Below, in pieces: positions 35,113 through 43,750 of a DNA stretch of 64,000 nucleotides. The position numbers and the translations under genes were made by a program. The stretch spans positions 26,301 to 90,300 of IMG/VR virus record IMGVR_UViG_3300006793_000018, one strand, 5' to 3'. The DNA comes from a virus. Numbering within the stretch: position 1 is the first letter of the stretch; the number at the start of each line of letters is the position of its first letter. The notes under the pieces were generated by a model, which worked only from the letters and a program-made list of their open reading frames with translations, did not search any database and was not told the origin of the DNA.

Positions 35113-36582
35113 TCACCAGTTCAAAGCAATGAATGCATTTCTCCCGTCCATCAAACGATCAGCGTCAGGAGATTCGGATAACTTCTTCAAGCGTCGTTCC
35201 GCCGTTTTGGTGCTAACGCCTTGATCAACAGCATAGACCTTCTCAAGTTCTTTCTTAGCCACACATTCACGCTTTGATCGAGAATGAACCATCCTGCTAC
35301 ACTTTCCATATGCAATCTTCCATTCGTGCAAAGATGCATCACGCTTCTTTTTCGCCTTGAAATCCTGCTTCTGCTCAAGCCATATGATTAGGTTGTGCAT
35401 GTTGTCGTAAATGATCTCAGTTGCCATCATGACATGATCAGCGGTGATGATCTTGCTGCCCATTATCGTTGCAATGATGTTTGAGAATGTAATCGTATAA
35501 TTTTCGATGTTGGGTATGAATGATGTTGCTGTTTCTTTGATATTTGGATTGGCGATGCCATTGACCAAATCATAATAGTCGGCTGTTGCATTAAGTAAAG
35601 CAGCATGGTATCCTTCCCCCACATCAAACAGATCGTATGCATATTGATTGGCGATTGAATCTCTTTCGTTATCATCCATTTCGTTCCATTCTTGTTGAGT
35701 CGTAGCCGATGCCTTCAACAATCTGTCACGAACCTGATCCTTGCGATCCAAGATAAATTCTGCAATTTCCGAGTACCCCCACACTTTATCGGGTACGGGA
35801 ACATAAGTTCCAGAGATACGATGCTCACTGGTTGTTTGACGCAACTCATTGCTGACATCATTTTGATACAAGAATACACGCTGGAAGAACCCTTTCTCCA
35901 ATACATGGTGCATGATGTCCTTCGGGGGGAAAGTTGTCGCCCAAAGAGATACTCCTGAAACGATGTTGATCGGTGCGCCCTTCAATACCTTTGAAAGATC
36001 ATTTGTGGCAGAACCAATGGGGGCCATTGCTTCTTGCAGGTACAGGATCTTCTCTGAAAAATACGCCTTTCTGTCGTCCAGCAAAACACTACCTTCATCG
36101 AAAAGGAGAGTTTTGTACCCATTAAGCAATCCTTTAGTGACCACATAATTGGTCTTGCCAGTTGGCTTTCCGTTTTCATCCACTTCGGGTTCAGCATCGA
36201 CGTGTCCAAGCAAACCTGCGTCCGAACCAGATGTGAATTTGGCGGTTTCGACCTCGCATTCGATCAGCAGTTTCTTTGTAAATTCATATGCAGCAGACTT
36301 CCCTGTTCGAGATTGTTGTATCCAAAACACATGCACTCTGGTGTCGAGAAACATTCCGTGTATTGGAACTCGAACATAGGGTGCGAGGACTTGGCCTACG
36401 ACATAAAACAGTGAAAGCAAGCCAGCATATTCGTTGAAAAAGGACACCGTGTTGAAACGTTCGATGTATTCTCGAATGAATTTGCTTCCCTTAAACGGGG
36501 ACTTGACTAATGTGTAGTCGTCCCATTTTCTTTCTCCAGAGTCGGTTGATGGTTTCATGAGCATTTGATTCACCTGTCGCAA
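35113..36582 (-). CDS. MCM-like AAA+ ATPase/replicative helicase
   Basis: Walker A QSRTGKS, GSDAGLLG, Walker B LLFDEG, LQEAM, GFFQR; C-terminal wHTH-like region. Confidence 0.65.
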   Translation of the reverse strand: MRQVNQMLMKPSTDSGERKWDDYTLVKSPFKGSKFIREYIERFNTVSFFNEYAGLLSLFYVVGQVLAPYVRVPIHGMFLDTRVHVFWIQQSRTGKSAAYEFTKKLLIECEVETAKFTSGSDAGLLGHVDAEPEVDENGKPTGKTNYVVTKGLLNGYKTLLFDEGSVLLDDRKAYFSEKILYLQEAMAPIGSATNDLSKVLKGAPINIVSGVSLWATTFPPKDIMHHVLEKGFFQRVFLYQNDVSNELRQTTSEHRISGTYVPVPDKVWGYSEIAEFILDRKDQVRDRLLKASATTQQEWNEMDDNERDSIANQYAYDLFDVGEGYHAALLNATADYYDLVNGIANPNIKETATSFIPNIENYTITFSNIIATIMGSKIITADHVMMATEIIYDNMHNLIIWLEQKQDFKAKKKRDASLHEWKIAYGKCSRMVHSRSKRECVAKKELEKVYAVDQGVSTKTAERRLKKLSESPDADRLMDGRNAFIALNW

Positions 36583-36614
36583 GGTAAGCGAACGCGAGCG
36601 TCATATATCAAGCC

Positions 36615-37328
36615 TCATGCTCTTGCCATCTTTACGCGCTCTTGAGGAACTTCTGTTTCACTGTTAATCGCACGAACGATTCGATCTGCACGAACCTTTC
36701 CAATGCCCTCTGTGACCATCAATTCCTTGGCACTGAGCGAAGCAATTTCAATGATCGAGCCATGTTCTTCGAGTAGCCTCTTGGCGATGGCAAGGCTACA
36801 TCCTGCCGCCTGGAGGATGTCGATTCTCATGTCTTCTGTGGCGGTCTTCCGAAGGAGCCGATAGGTTGAGGATGATCCAAGCGTTCCATGTTTCTCAAAA
36901 CGCTTTGCAATGAAACGAGCGGCGAGAGAGGTTGAGTCAAATGTTAGGATCGAAATGTCGTAGTCAGTGGCATATCTTGCTAAAGACCCTGTAAATGAGG
37001 CGAAGGCACGTTGGAAAGGTATTTTCCTCCCTCCCTTTCGTGCAGATCCAACATACTTGTCCAAAGTCCCATGGATCACTAAGTATGCATGGTTGTAATT
37101 GTCTTCCAAATTCTGCAACTGCTTTTCAAGATGTCCTGAATACATGCTTTGCATGTAGTCTTGAATTGTTTTTGCTTCGATTCCGACGTCTGCAAAAGAG
37201 TAATCGGTGATCATCGTTTGTCTCATTTGATGATTCAAATTTTTCTTGTCGAGATATTTGATGATCAGTTTTTCAAGACCAGATCTCTCTCGATTGTCGA
37301 TAAAAAGTACGCGTTGATCGGACATCAT
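36615..37328 (-). CDS. ERCC4/XPF-family structure-specific nuclease with HhH
   Basis: LFIDNRE, TDYSF, GIEAKT..DY, QLQNL, LVIHG; C-terminal EGIGKVRA HhH. Confidence 0.88.
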   Translation of the reverse strand: MMSDQRVLFIDNRERSGLEKLIIKYLDKKNLNHQMRQTMITDYSFADVGIEAKTIQDYMQSMYSGHLEKQLQNLEDNYNHAYLVIHGTLDKYVGSARKGGRKIPFQRAFASFTGSLARYATDYDISILTFDSTSLAARFIAKRFEKHGTLGSSSTYRLLRKTATEDMRIDILQAAGCSLAIAKRLLEEHGSIIEIASLSAKELMVTEGIGKVRADRIVRAINSETEVPQERVKMARA

Positions 37329-37456
37329 TCCTCCTCCTCTTTTCTTTGCTGGAACGCCATTGCATATGCCTTTCGGCGTTTATCTCCGCATTCATCGCAG
37401 AGAACATGATATGATACCTTGGAAACAACCTCATTGTCGCACATTTCACACTTCAT
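37325..37456 (-). CDS. 43-aa Zn-finger microprotein (not in ORF track)
   Basis: Manual translation MKCEMCDNEVVSKVSYHVLCDECGDKRRKAYAMAFQQRKEEEE; fills the gap and overlaps both neighbours. Confidence 0.7.
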   Translation of the reverse strand: MKCEMCDNEVVSKVSYHVLCDECGDKRRKAYAMAFQQRKEEEE

Positions 37457-37703
37457 TGCCAACGCCCTCCGCCTGTTTAGCGATTTCGAGGCTGTTCAAC
37501 ATATCGCAAACCAATTTCGCCCACTTTGGATCAAGAGTCAAAGAAACCATGTTATCAAATTGCATGATCTCACAATAGCCGGATTGAGGATTCACTCGGA
37601 ATGACCAAGTAAGCATTTGTGGAGGCAACTCATTGTTATGGTGTTGTTTCAACATTTCTTCTGCTTTCTTTCGTCGTATTTCCTCGATCTTGTCATCTGT
37701 CAT
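37446..37703 (-). CDS. Hypothetical protein (start corrected to ATG 37703)
   Basis: SD AGGTGA upstream; MTDDKIEEIRRKKAEEML. Confidence 0.55.
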   Translation of the reverse strand: MTDDKIEEIRRKKAEEMLKQHHNNELPPQMLTWSFRVNPQSGYCEIMQFDNMVSLTLDPKWAKLVCDMLNSLEIAKQAEGVGNEV

Positions 37704-37717
37704 GTCATCACCTATTT

Positions 37718-38812
37718 TCATGCGCCCTTCCCATCGTAATAGGGGCATTTGCCTACACACATGCCTTCTGCGTAAATGGTTGGACAGGTTGGTGTCTTGT
37801 AGTATCGATCTGCACCATGGCGGAGATACTTCATTGTTTCATTTGGGTTATAGTCGGCCCAATTAAGTGATTTGATAAATTCATGAGCGAGTCCGATCAC
37901 CTGTTGGTTTGGCACTTTGCTTGTTTTTGGAGGTCTTGCAAAGTTTCGATAATAATCCATGAGGTACATCATTAAGTATGAACGTGGTTTATGGGGGGGG
38001 TTGCTTCCAACTTCACACGCTGCTTGAGATAAACATGGAAGCATTGGTATATTGTTGATATTAGCAATATCGATTTCCAGATCTTCCATTGAAAAGGTCT
38101 TTGATTTTTGATCATATTGAGATGCAAACATTGTTTGAGAATCTCGCTTTGTGATCGTAATTGTCATGCCGCCACCTTCGACTAATTTCATGCCAGGTCG
38201 TGGCGTATGCGCTTGTTCCTCTATGAAAAGCCATCCCTTTTCAAGATCATCCACATTTACTGGAATCCCCCACAACTGTCGTTTGAAGTTGAAAGTATTT
38301 GGAATTCTTATGTGGCGGTCTGGTCGAAAGGAAACCACCGGATCTAATGTTATGAGATTGAATTGCTTGACCCATTGATTTATCACCATTCTTCCAGAGA
38401 ATAACAAATCATTCATTTCGACAGTTGGCAAGTCGTATGTTTGATCGAGTTTTACCCATATATGAAATCCACCGCCAGTGAACCAAATCGCATGTTGTAT
38501 CGACTTTCTCTTCAACATTTTTGACATCAGTTCAACCTCCCTACAACATTTCGTTTGGGCATCGGAGAGGGGCATCTGTTCCAATCTAACCGCTTGATCA
38601 GCGTCAAAGTCCATGACGAAGTGAGGAACAATTGCCGTACTATACTCACAACGATTGCCCTTTGTTTTCAATTCACGAAAACCATACACCGTAGTGGTCA
38701 AATTGGCTTTGCCGTTTGTTGTTTTGAGATAATGCTCCAACTGTTTCTTATTTGTGATCACCTTTCGAGTCCTCATGTCGATTTCCCGTGGATAATGATC
38801 AAATAAAGCCAT
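37718..38812 (-). CDS. Fused archaeo-eukaryotic primase (PriS catalytic domain + PriL C-terminal Fe-S domain)
   Basis: FVMDFD, FTGGGFHIW, RHIRIPNT; C-terminal MLPCL..PPH..R, TCPTI..GMC..KC. Confidence 0.85.
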   Translation of the reverse strand: MALFDHYPREIDMRTRKVITNKKQLEHYLKTTNGKANLTTTVYGFRELKTKGNRCEYSTAIVPHFVMDFDADQAVRLEQMPLSDAQTKCCREVELMSKMLKRKSIQHAIWFTGGGFHIWVKLDQTYDLPTVEMNDLLFSGRMVINQWVKQFNLITLDPVVSFRPDRHIRIPNTFNFKRQLWGIPVNVDDLEKGWLFIEEQAHTPRPGMKLVEGGGMTITITKRDSQTMFASQYDQKSKTFSMEDLEIDIANINNIPMLPCLSQAACEVGSNPPHKPRSYLMMYLMDYYRNFARPPKTSKVPNQQVIGLAHEFIKSLNWADYNPNETMKYLRHGADRYYKTPTCPTIYAEGMCVGKCPYYDGKGA

Positions 38813-38816
38813 AATA

Positions 38817-40148
38817 TCACCACAATGTCATTTGCTTCCTTGCCTTCGGCTTGCTCCGATTTGACAAGTCTGCTGAGTCCATCATATCAATTCTCTCTCC
38901 GATCCATTGCATAACTGGAACCGCCATGCTATTTCCAAGACCTTTGTATCGATGTGAATCAGGGCATTCCTCTGCTGGTTTTCCCTTCCACGGAACTTTT
39001 GTGTAGTTATCGGGAAATCCTTGGAGCCGTTCGCATTCAAGTGGAGTTAGCCTACGAACGATGGCATTTTCTCGAATTGCTGCATAACCTTGCCCCGCTA
39101 ATCCTCCTCCACTTGTAAGGCTCATGTGTCGTTCTGGCGTTTCCCAAATATCGCCATTGCCTTTGCTCACAATACCCGCCACCTCTTTTTGCTGCATAAC
39201 TGCTGGTGCGCCATGACCTCCCGCTGTTCTTAATGGGCAATGGAGATCTCCTGTCAACTCTTGATTGAATAAATCGACGCCTTGTTGCTGGAAGGCTGAT
39301 TTTTGCACAACTAACGCTTCATGCTCAACCCTTTGGTTTCCTGTTCGAGAATAAGGTGGACCGCTTGCCCCCATAGTGGGTCCGACCTTTTCAGCATGAA
39401 TGATTCCCTTTTCCATAATCAAATGAGCATTGGTTCCTAAGCATTGGTTGTTGATCGAGCCATGATGATACATACCTGCCGTCAAAGATCCAGCAGGTTT
39501 TTCTTCACTTATTCCTCTTCCAACAGGTCTGCTCTCGCTTCCAAAGCCGAACGCAGAGAGGGATTGATCTTCTTCCCTCTTTTGTCTGCTCGACGCAAGA
39601 TTCCCCTGGAGGCTCTGCTTGTCAAATAGTACCGCTGCGGCACTTCTCCAATCTCCGTCAGCACATCCGACAACGAAGATTCGACGCCTTCGTTGGGGTA
39701 CTCCGAAGTGTTGAGCGTCAAGAACTCGATAGGCGAACCCATACCCGAGTTTCGCCACTTCTCCGAGGAAGATGGCAAAATCATCTCCTTCGTTTGATGA
39801 CAATAGACCTGGGACATTTTCATAGAGGAACCACTTTGGGCGAACTGCCCCAACAACTCGGAGATAGTGGAGGGCCAAGTTGCCACGTGGATCATCCATT
39901 CCAAGTCGCTTTCCTGCGACAGAAAAGGATTGGCAGGGGCTTCCTCCGACGACGAGATCGGCTGCTCCTTCATATTTTGACCAGTCAACATTCAACACAT
40001 CCTTGAGGTTGGGTACATTTGGATAATGGTGAGCAAGCACCGCAGATGGAAAATCATCAAAGTCAGCAAAGGCAACAGGATCCCAATTGAGATTTCGCCA
40101 TCCAACTGAACACGCTTCGATTCCGCTAAACAGGCTGATATATCGCAC
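38817..40148 (-). CDS. dcm: C5-cytosine DNA methyltransferase (Dcm family)
   Basis: SLFSGIE, GGSPCQSFS, ENVPG, QRRRRIF, RRLTPLECERLQGFP, GNSMAVPV. Confidence 0.92.
   Translation of the reverse strand: MRYISLFSGIEACSVGWRNLNWDPVAFADFDDFPSAVLAHHYPNVPNLKDVLNVDWSKYEGAADLVVGGSPCQSFSVAGKRLGMDDPRGNLALHYLRVVGAVRPKWFLYENVPGLLSSNEGDDFAIFLGEVAKLGYGFAYRVLDAQHFGVPQRRRRIFVVGCADGDWRSAAAVLFDKQSLQGNLASSRQKREEDQSLSAFGFGSESRPVGRGISEEKPAGSLTAGMYHHGSINNQCLGTNAHLIMEKGIIHAEKVGPTMGASGPPYSRTGNQRVEHEALVVQKSAFQQQGVDLFNQELTGDLHCPLRTAGGHGAPAVMQQKEVAGIVSKGNGDIWETPERHMSLTSGGGLAGQGYAAIRENAIVRRLTPLECERLQGFPDNYTKVPWKGKPAEECPDSHRYKGLGNSMAVPVMQWIGERIDMMDSADLSNRSKPKARKQMTLW
39509..39991 (-). CDS. Out-of-frame nested gene within the MTase, resembling the alternative-frame beta polypeptide of M.EcoHK31I-type enzymes
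   Basis: 160-codon same-strand ORF in the +1 frame; C-terminus SSLSDVL..PQRYYLTSRASRGILRRADKRGK. Confidence 0.65.
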   Translation of the reverse strand: MLTGQNMKEQPISSSEEAPANPFLSQESDLEWMIHVATWPSTISELLGQFAQSGSSMKMSQVYCHQTKEMILPSSSEKWRNSGMGSPIEFLTLNTSEYPNEGVESSLSDVLTEIGEVPQRYYLTSRASRGILRRADKRGKKINPSLRSALEARADLLEEE

Positions 40149-40149
40149 A

Positions 40150-41208
40150 TCAATTCCCCTCCGCCTTTTCCTTCATTTCTTTAGGCATGAGATAACGTGC
40201 ATTCTTAGGGCAGTATCCATCGACTTTACACCAAGGCTCACAGATGTACCTCTCAGCGTTTGGAGGCTTTACAGCGAAAGACTTGCCGTTAAAATCGCCT
40301 TTGTATCGAAGGTGTGCTGAAACCATTGCTTTGAGGTTTGCAATCATGCTGCTGACTATGCCAGTTTGAACTCGCTCAACAAAACGATAGATGCGATCAG
40401 GTTCTCCTTCGAGTCCTTTGGTATGATCCCAACCCCAATACTTGATATTGGCTCCTCCCAATTCAGGATCGTCGGATTTGCGTAGCAAATAAACATAGTA
40501 TGCCATTTCTCCTGCCATGCCTTCGTACTTTGTTTTCTTATCTTTCCACAAACCAGTCTTTAATTCATGAACATGCAGATCCCCTTCTGGGCCAACAAAG
40601 AGTCGATCAATTATCCCTGTCAAGTGAACAGGCACAACAACCCCATTTACTTCGATTTCAACGAAGGCATCAACGGTCCTCTCATTTCCAAGTGGCTTGA
40701 AATAAACAGGGTCGCTGTGGAAGAAACGTTTTGCCTCAGCGGTCATCAATCGGGCGAGATGCTTTTCCTCATCCAGAAGGTAAGGATTGCCCGTGTGTTG
40801 AGCGATCTCATCATCCCACCCCTTTGATACTTGACTCGTTGGAATCAATGATTGGAAATAGTCATGGAGAGCCTCCTCTCCTTGATGATCTCGAATCGCA
40901 TGGGCTTCATGGATGTCGAGGAGATGATCGAGGATGTATTCGTATGCATCGTGAACATTTGTTCCTCTTAGCATTGCATCATTTTGAGGCTCCTTTACTC
41001 CAAGAACATATTTGATGAAGTATTGCTGCTCGCAAAAGGTGAATGTTGACCATGATGATTTGGAGACTCGCAGGACAGGCGTGTAAATTTTTCCGTCTTC
41101 CCCCTTGTATTCCTTCATCCCTGGATGCCATGCATAGGTTCCCCTCACATCATCCCTTCGAGGGACGGGCATCAACTTCGGTGGCTTCAATTTCAAACGT
41201 TCTTTCAT
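40150..41208 (-). CDS. Cas4/RecB-like PD-(D/E)XK exonuclease
   Basis: SKSS..TFCEQQY, GTNVH, TGIIDRL, HELKTG, C-terminal CEPWC..YC Fe-S pattern. Confidence 0.8.
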   Translation of the reverse strand: MKERLKLKPPKLMPVPRRDDVRGTYAWHPGMKEYKGEDGKIYTPVLRVSKSSWSTFTFCEQQYFIKYVLGVKEPQNDAMLRGTNVHDAYEYILDHLLDIHEAHAIRDHQGEEALHDYFQSLIPTSQVSKGWDDEIAQHTGNPYLLDEEKHLARLMTAEAKRFFHSDPVYFKPLGNERTVDAFVEIEVNGVVVPVHLTGIIDRLFVGPEGDLHVHELKTGLWKDKKTKYEGMAGEMAYYVYLLRKSDDPELGGANIKYWGWDHTKGLEGEPDRIYRFVERVQTGIVSSMIANLKAMVSAHLRYKGDFNGKSFAVKPPNAERYICEPWCKVDGYCPKNARYLMPKEMKEKAEGN

Positions 41209-41211
41209 GGT

Positions 41212-42198
41212 TTATTCCTCCTCTAAATTTACTTCGATCAAGTTGTGTATTTTCATCTCATTAGGAGATGCCAGCATATCACAGGCAGGTGGTTCTTCAT
41301 CTATGAATTTTGGATTCATTCTTTCAATGGCTTCATCGCTATCGAAATCAGCCAAGGACATTTGTCCAGTGGCAGTGAAGGATACAGCCTTGCAGGAGTT
41401 GCAATCATACAATCCTTTCTTTGGCAAGGGTTTGTACCCCTCTTTGAATCGGCTTTCCAATTCCTCTAACAGGTATCCATCCTTGCCAGGTTTCATTGAT
41501 CTTAGGCCATGATTGCTGACCTTGACACTTTCCTTGTCCCAATGCTTTGCAATTTCCCACAGATCGGGATAGCCACGCCAAAGCGACCACCATGAATCAA
41601 GAGGCTGTTTGATACAATGAAAGCAACCGAGGCGATTGAAATTGACATACAACTCATTGACCAAATTGCGTTCGTCAAGATAGCGCATACAATCGGCTTC
41701 CGACCATCCCCACTCGACCAAAGGGTATCTGTTCTTGTCGTTTCGTTTGTCTTCCTTCTTGCCGACTCTATGGGCTTCGTCGGCGGCAATGCCGATATAA
41801 ACGACGTCGCAATCCGCTTGAGCCTTTTGCAAAGGCTGCACCTTGGCTTCTCTTGCCCAATAGCAAGGGTACGCTCTAAGGGGTGCGCCACGTTGTTTTC
41901 CTTTGTTGTTCCCTCTGGAGATCACACCATAGAACCAGTCGTCCCATGTTCGAGGAGATCCAACAAAATCAACTTTCAAATCCAATTCGGGATATGTTTT
42001 TTGAATGTACGCCTCGATCATTCGGATGTATTCGATCAACTCAGGCAATTCAAATCCTGTGTCTGCAAATGTGATCTTGGTAATTGGGTATCGTTTATCC
42101 CCCTGTGTCCATAACTCAAGCATACGCAAGAGCATGGCTGCGCTGTCCTTGCCACCGCTGAATGCAACCATTCCTGTCTTAGGGAATTCATCCTCCAT
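41212..42198 (-). CDS. PAPS reductase-family (PP-loop) protein, putative DNA modification enzyme
   Basis: FSGGKDS, FADTGFE, CYWAREAK..P, GIAADE..R, YPLVEW, RLGCFHC. Confidence 0.82.
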   Translation of the reverse strand: MEDEFPKTGMVAFSGGKDSAAMLLRMLELWTQGDKRYPITKITFADTGFELPELIEYIRMIEAYIQKTYPELDLKVDFVGSPRTWDDWFYGVISRGNNKGKQRGAPLRAYPCYWAREAKVQPLQKAQADCDVVYIGIAADEAHRVGKKEDKRNDKNRYPLVEWGWSEADCMRYLDERNLVNELYVNFNRLGCFHCIKQPLDSWWSLWRGYPDLWEIAKHWDKESVKVSNHGLRSMKPGKDGYLLEELESRFKEGYKPLPKKGLYDCNSCKAVSFTATGQMSLADFDSDEAIERMNPKFIDEEPPACDMLASPNEMKIHNLIEVNLEEE

Positions 42199-42202
42199 CG
42201 AA

Positions 42203-42481
42203 TCACCGAGTTTTCGTGATCGTATAACCGCTGATGATTGTTGATTCGTGAATGTATTTCAGCACGATGGTGAGAGCGGCGAAGACGTCGTTCATGTGAT
42301 TTCCACTAAGCGACCAATCCAAAAACCAATCGATTTCGGAACCGACTCCCGTGTCAAATGTCATGTCATGCTTCGTGTGCAAAAGACCACGGATGCGGTA
42401 TGCTTCGTTCATGACCTCTGGGGTATGCTCGAACGAGAGGGTGTACCCATGTTCCTGACCAGCCAGTGATGTTTGACTCAT
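42203..42481 (-). CDS. Hypothetical protein
   Basis: Coupled ORF in the replication arm. Confidence 0.5.
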   Translation of the reverse strand: MSQTSLAGQEHGYTLSFEHTPEVMNEAYRIRGLLHTKHDMTFDTGVGSEIDWFLDWSLSGNHMNDVFAALTIVLKYIHESTIISGYTITKTR

Positions 42482-43750
42482 TCACTCAACTCCAGGGATG
42501 ACGACTAATTCACCGTCTTCATTGATCGAAACGCCATCATAGACATCATCAGGATGTCGGAAGGAACCGTCGCTGACACCAGGCCAACCGTTCCAAATTC
42601 CTCCATCATGAGTCCTTTTGAAGAGTACCACTGGAGGAGGGCTGTCGAGGCTTGTGCGGTTCGCTTTCAACACAGCAGTTGCTTTGGATTCACCATTCAA
42701 TGCACCATGGTCATCGCGCATTTCTTCGATGTCAACTGAGATGAGTTGTTGGAAATCACGCTCGGAGTCCTTGAGCCATGCGGGAACATCCGCTCCACGG
42801 ATCTCGTTGCCGTTCTTGTCATAAGACGGCTTGCGGCCCGTGATGCAATACACATGAACAAAGCGACGTGCTAATTCAAGCATATTTGACATGGCTGCAT
42901 TGTAACGATTCTTTCGGATGTTCCAATTGAATCGTCCAATCTTTGTGGTTGCCGCCTTTCCTGCTACGGCGATGCCATCAACGCCCAGTTCAAGGTCTTC
43001 GATCTTCATGACTGTTTCGCAGATGTTCAACCAATGGTCGAGTCCATCGAAACAGAGAGTCTTGAGATAAGGCGTGGGCATCTTCCCGTGAGCAAGGAAG
43101 TAGTCCTCTTGAGCCTCAGCAACTTCCACCGCATAGAGCAGAATGTCCATGGTGTTTTGGAAAGTAGCAGGGAAGTCAAAGGGGACACGGCTTAGAGCCT
43201 TGAAAACAACCCATGGATTGAGGACGACGATATTCGCCGCCTTGTCTTTGTGGTGAGCCATCTTTGTGGTTTCCCCGCCAAGATCAAAGTCCACGTGCCA
43301 GATCTGTGCGCCATTTGCGATTTCCTCCTCTGTGAGGGAGTCCAAGACAAATCCAGTTTTACCTGCCTTTCGAGGGCCATCGACACCTGCAAAAACAAAG
43401 TTGAAATCTCGGAGATTGGTATTGACCGCCTTCGCAATCAATTTCCAAGCAGGGTTGGCTGATTGTGGCAATTGCCACCCGTCTTTGGACGGAGGCTTCA
43501 CCTCAGTGAATCCAGAAACCATGCCTTCTTGATCTCCGACAGGAGGAAGTGGTGCAGGTTCGGCGGGTTCTTGCTCAGGAGCATCGGGTGCTTCATCGAT
43601 CAAAGCCTCAAGAGGAGGTGCTTGTGCGACAGTGACTCCAGTTGAGGAGGTCGAAGGAAGATCTGCAACAGTTGCAGCAGGTTCTCCACGGACGGGTTCC
43701 TTGGTGGTATCAACGGGTTCCCAGTTGTCAAAGAATCCAGTTCCCGCCAT
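42482..43750 (-). CDS. RecA-superfamily (AAA_24/Sak4-like) ATPase with acidic Pro-rich N-terminus
   Basis: Walker A GPRKAGKT, HVDFDLG, LCFDGLD. Confidence 0.7.
   Translation of the reverse strand: MAGTGFFDNWEPVDTTKEPVRGEPAATVADLPSTSSTGVTVAQAPPLEALIDEAPDAPEQEPAEPAPLPPVGDQEGMVSGFTEVKPPSKDGWQLPQSANPAWKLIAKAVNTNLRDFNFVFAGVDGPRKAGKTGFVLDSLTEEEIANGAQIWHVDFDLGGETTKMAHHKDKAANIVVLNPWVVFKALSRVPFDFPATFQNTMDILLYAVEVAEAQEDYFLAHGKMPTPYLKTLCFDGLDHWLNICETVMKIEDLELGVDGIAVAGKAATTKIGRFNWNIRKNRYNAAMSNMLELARRFVHVYCITGRKPSYDKNGNEIRGADVPAWLKDSERDFQQLISVDIEEMRDDHGALNGESKATAVLKANRTSLDSPPPVVLFKRTHDGGIWNGWPGVSDGSFRHPDDVYDGVSINEDGELVVIPGVE

Noticed and set aside
40150-41208. Cas4-like gene as evidence of a CRISPR-Cas system
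   Set aside because: No repeat-spacer array and no cas1/cas2 seen; solo Cas4-like nucleases are common in archaeal viruses
41212-42198. PAPS reductase as a sulfur-assimilation auxiliary gene or complete Dnd system
   Set aside because: No cys or dnd partner genes are visible; context favours a stand-alone modification enzyme
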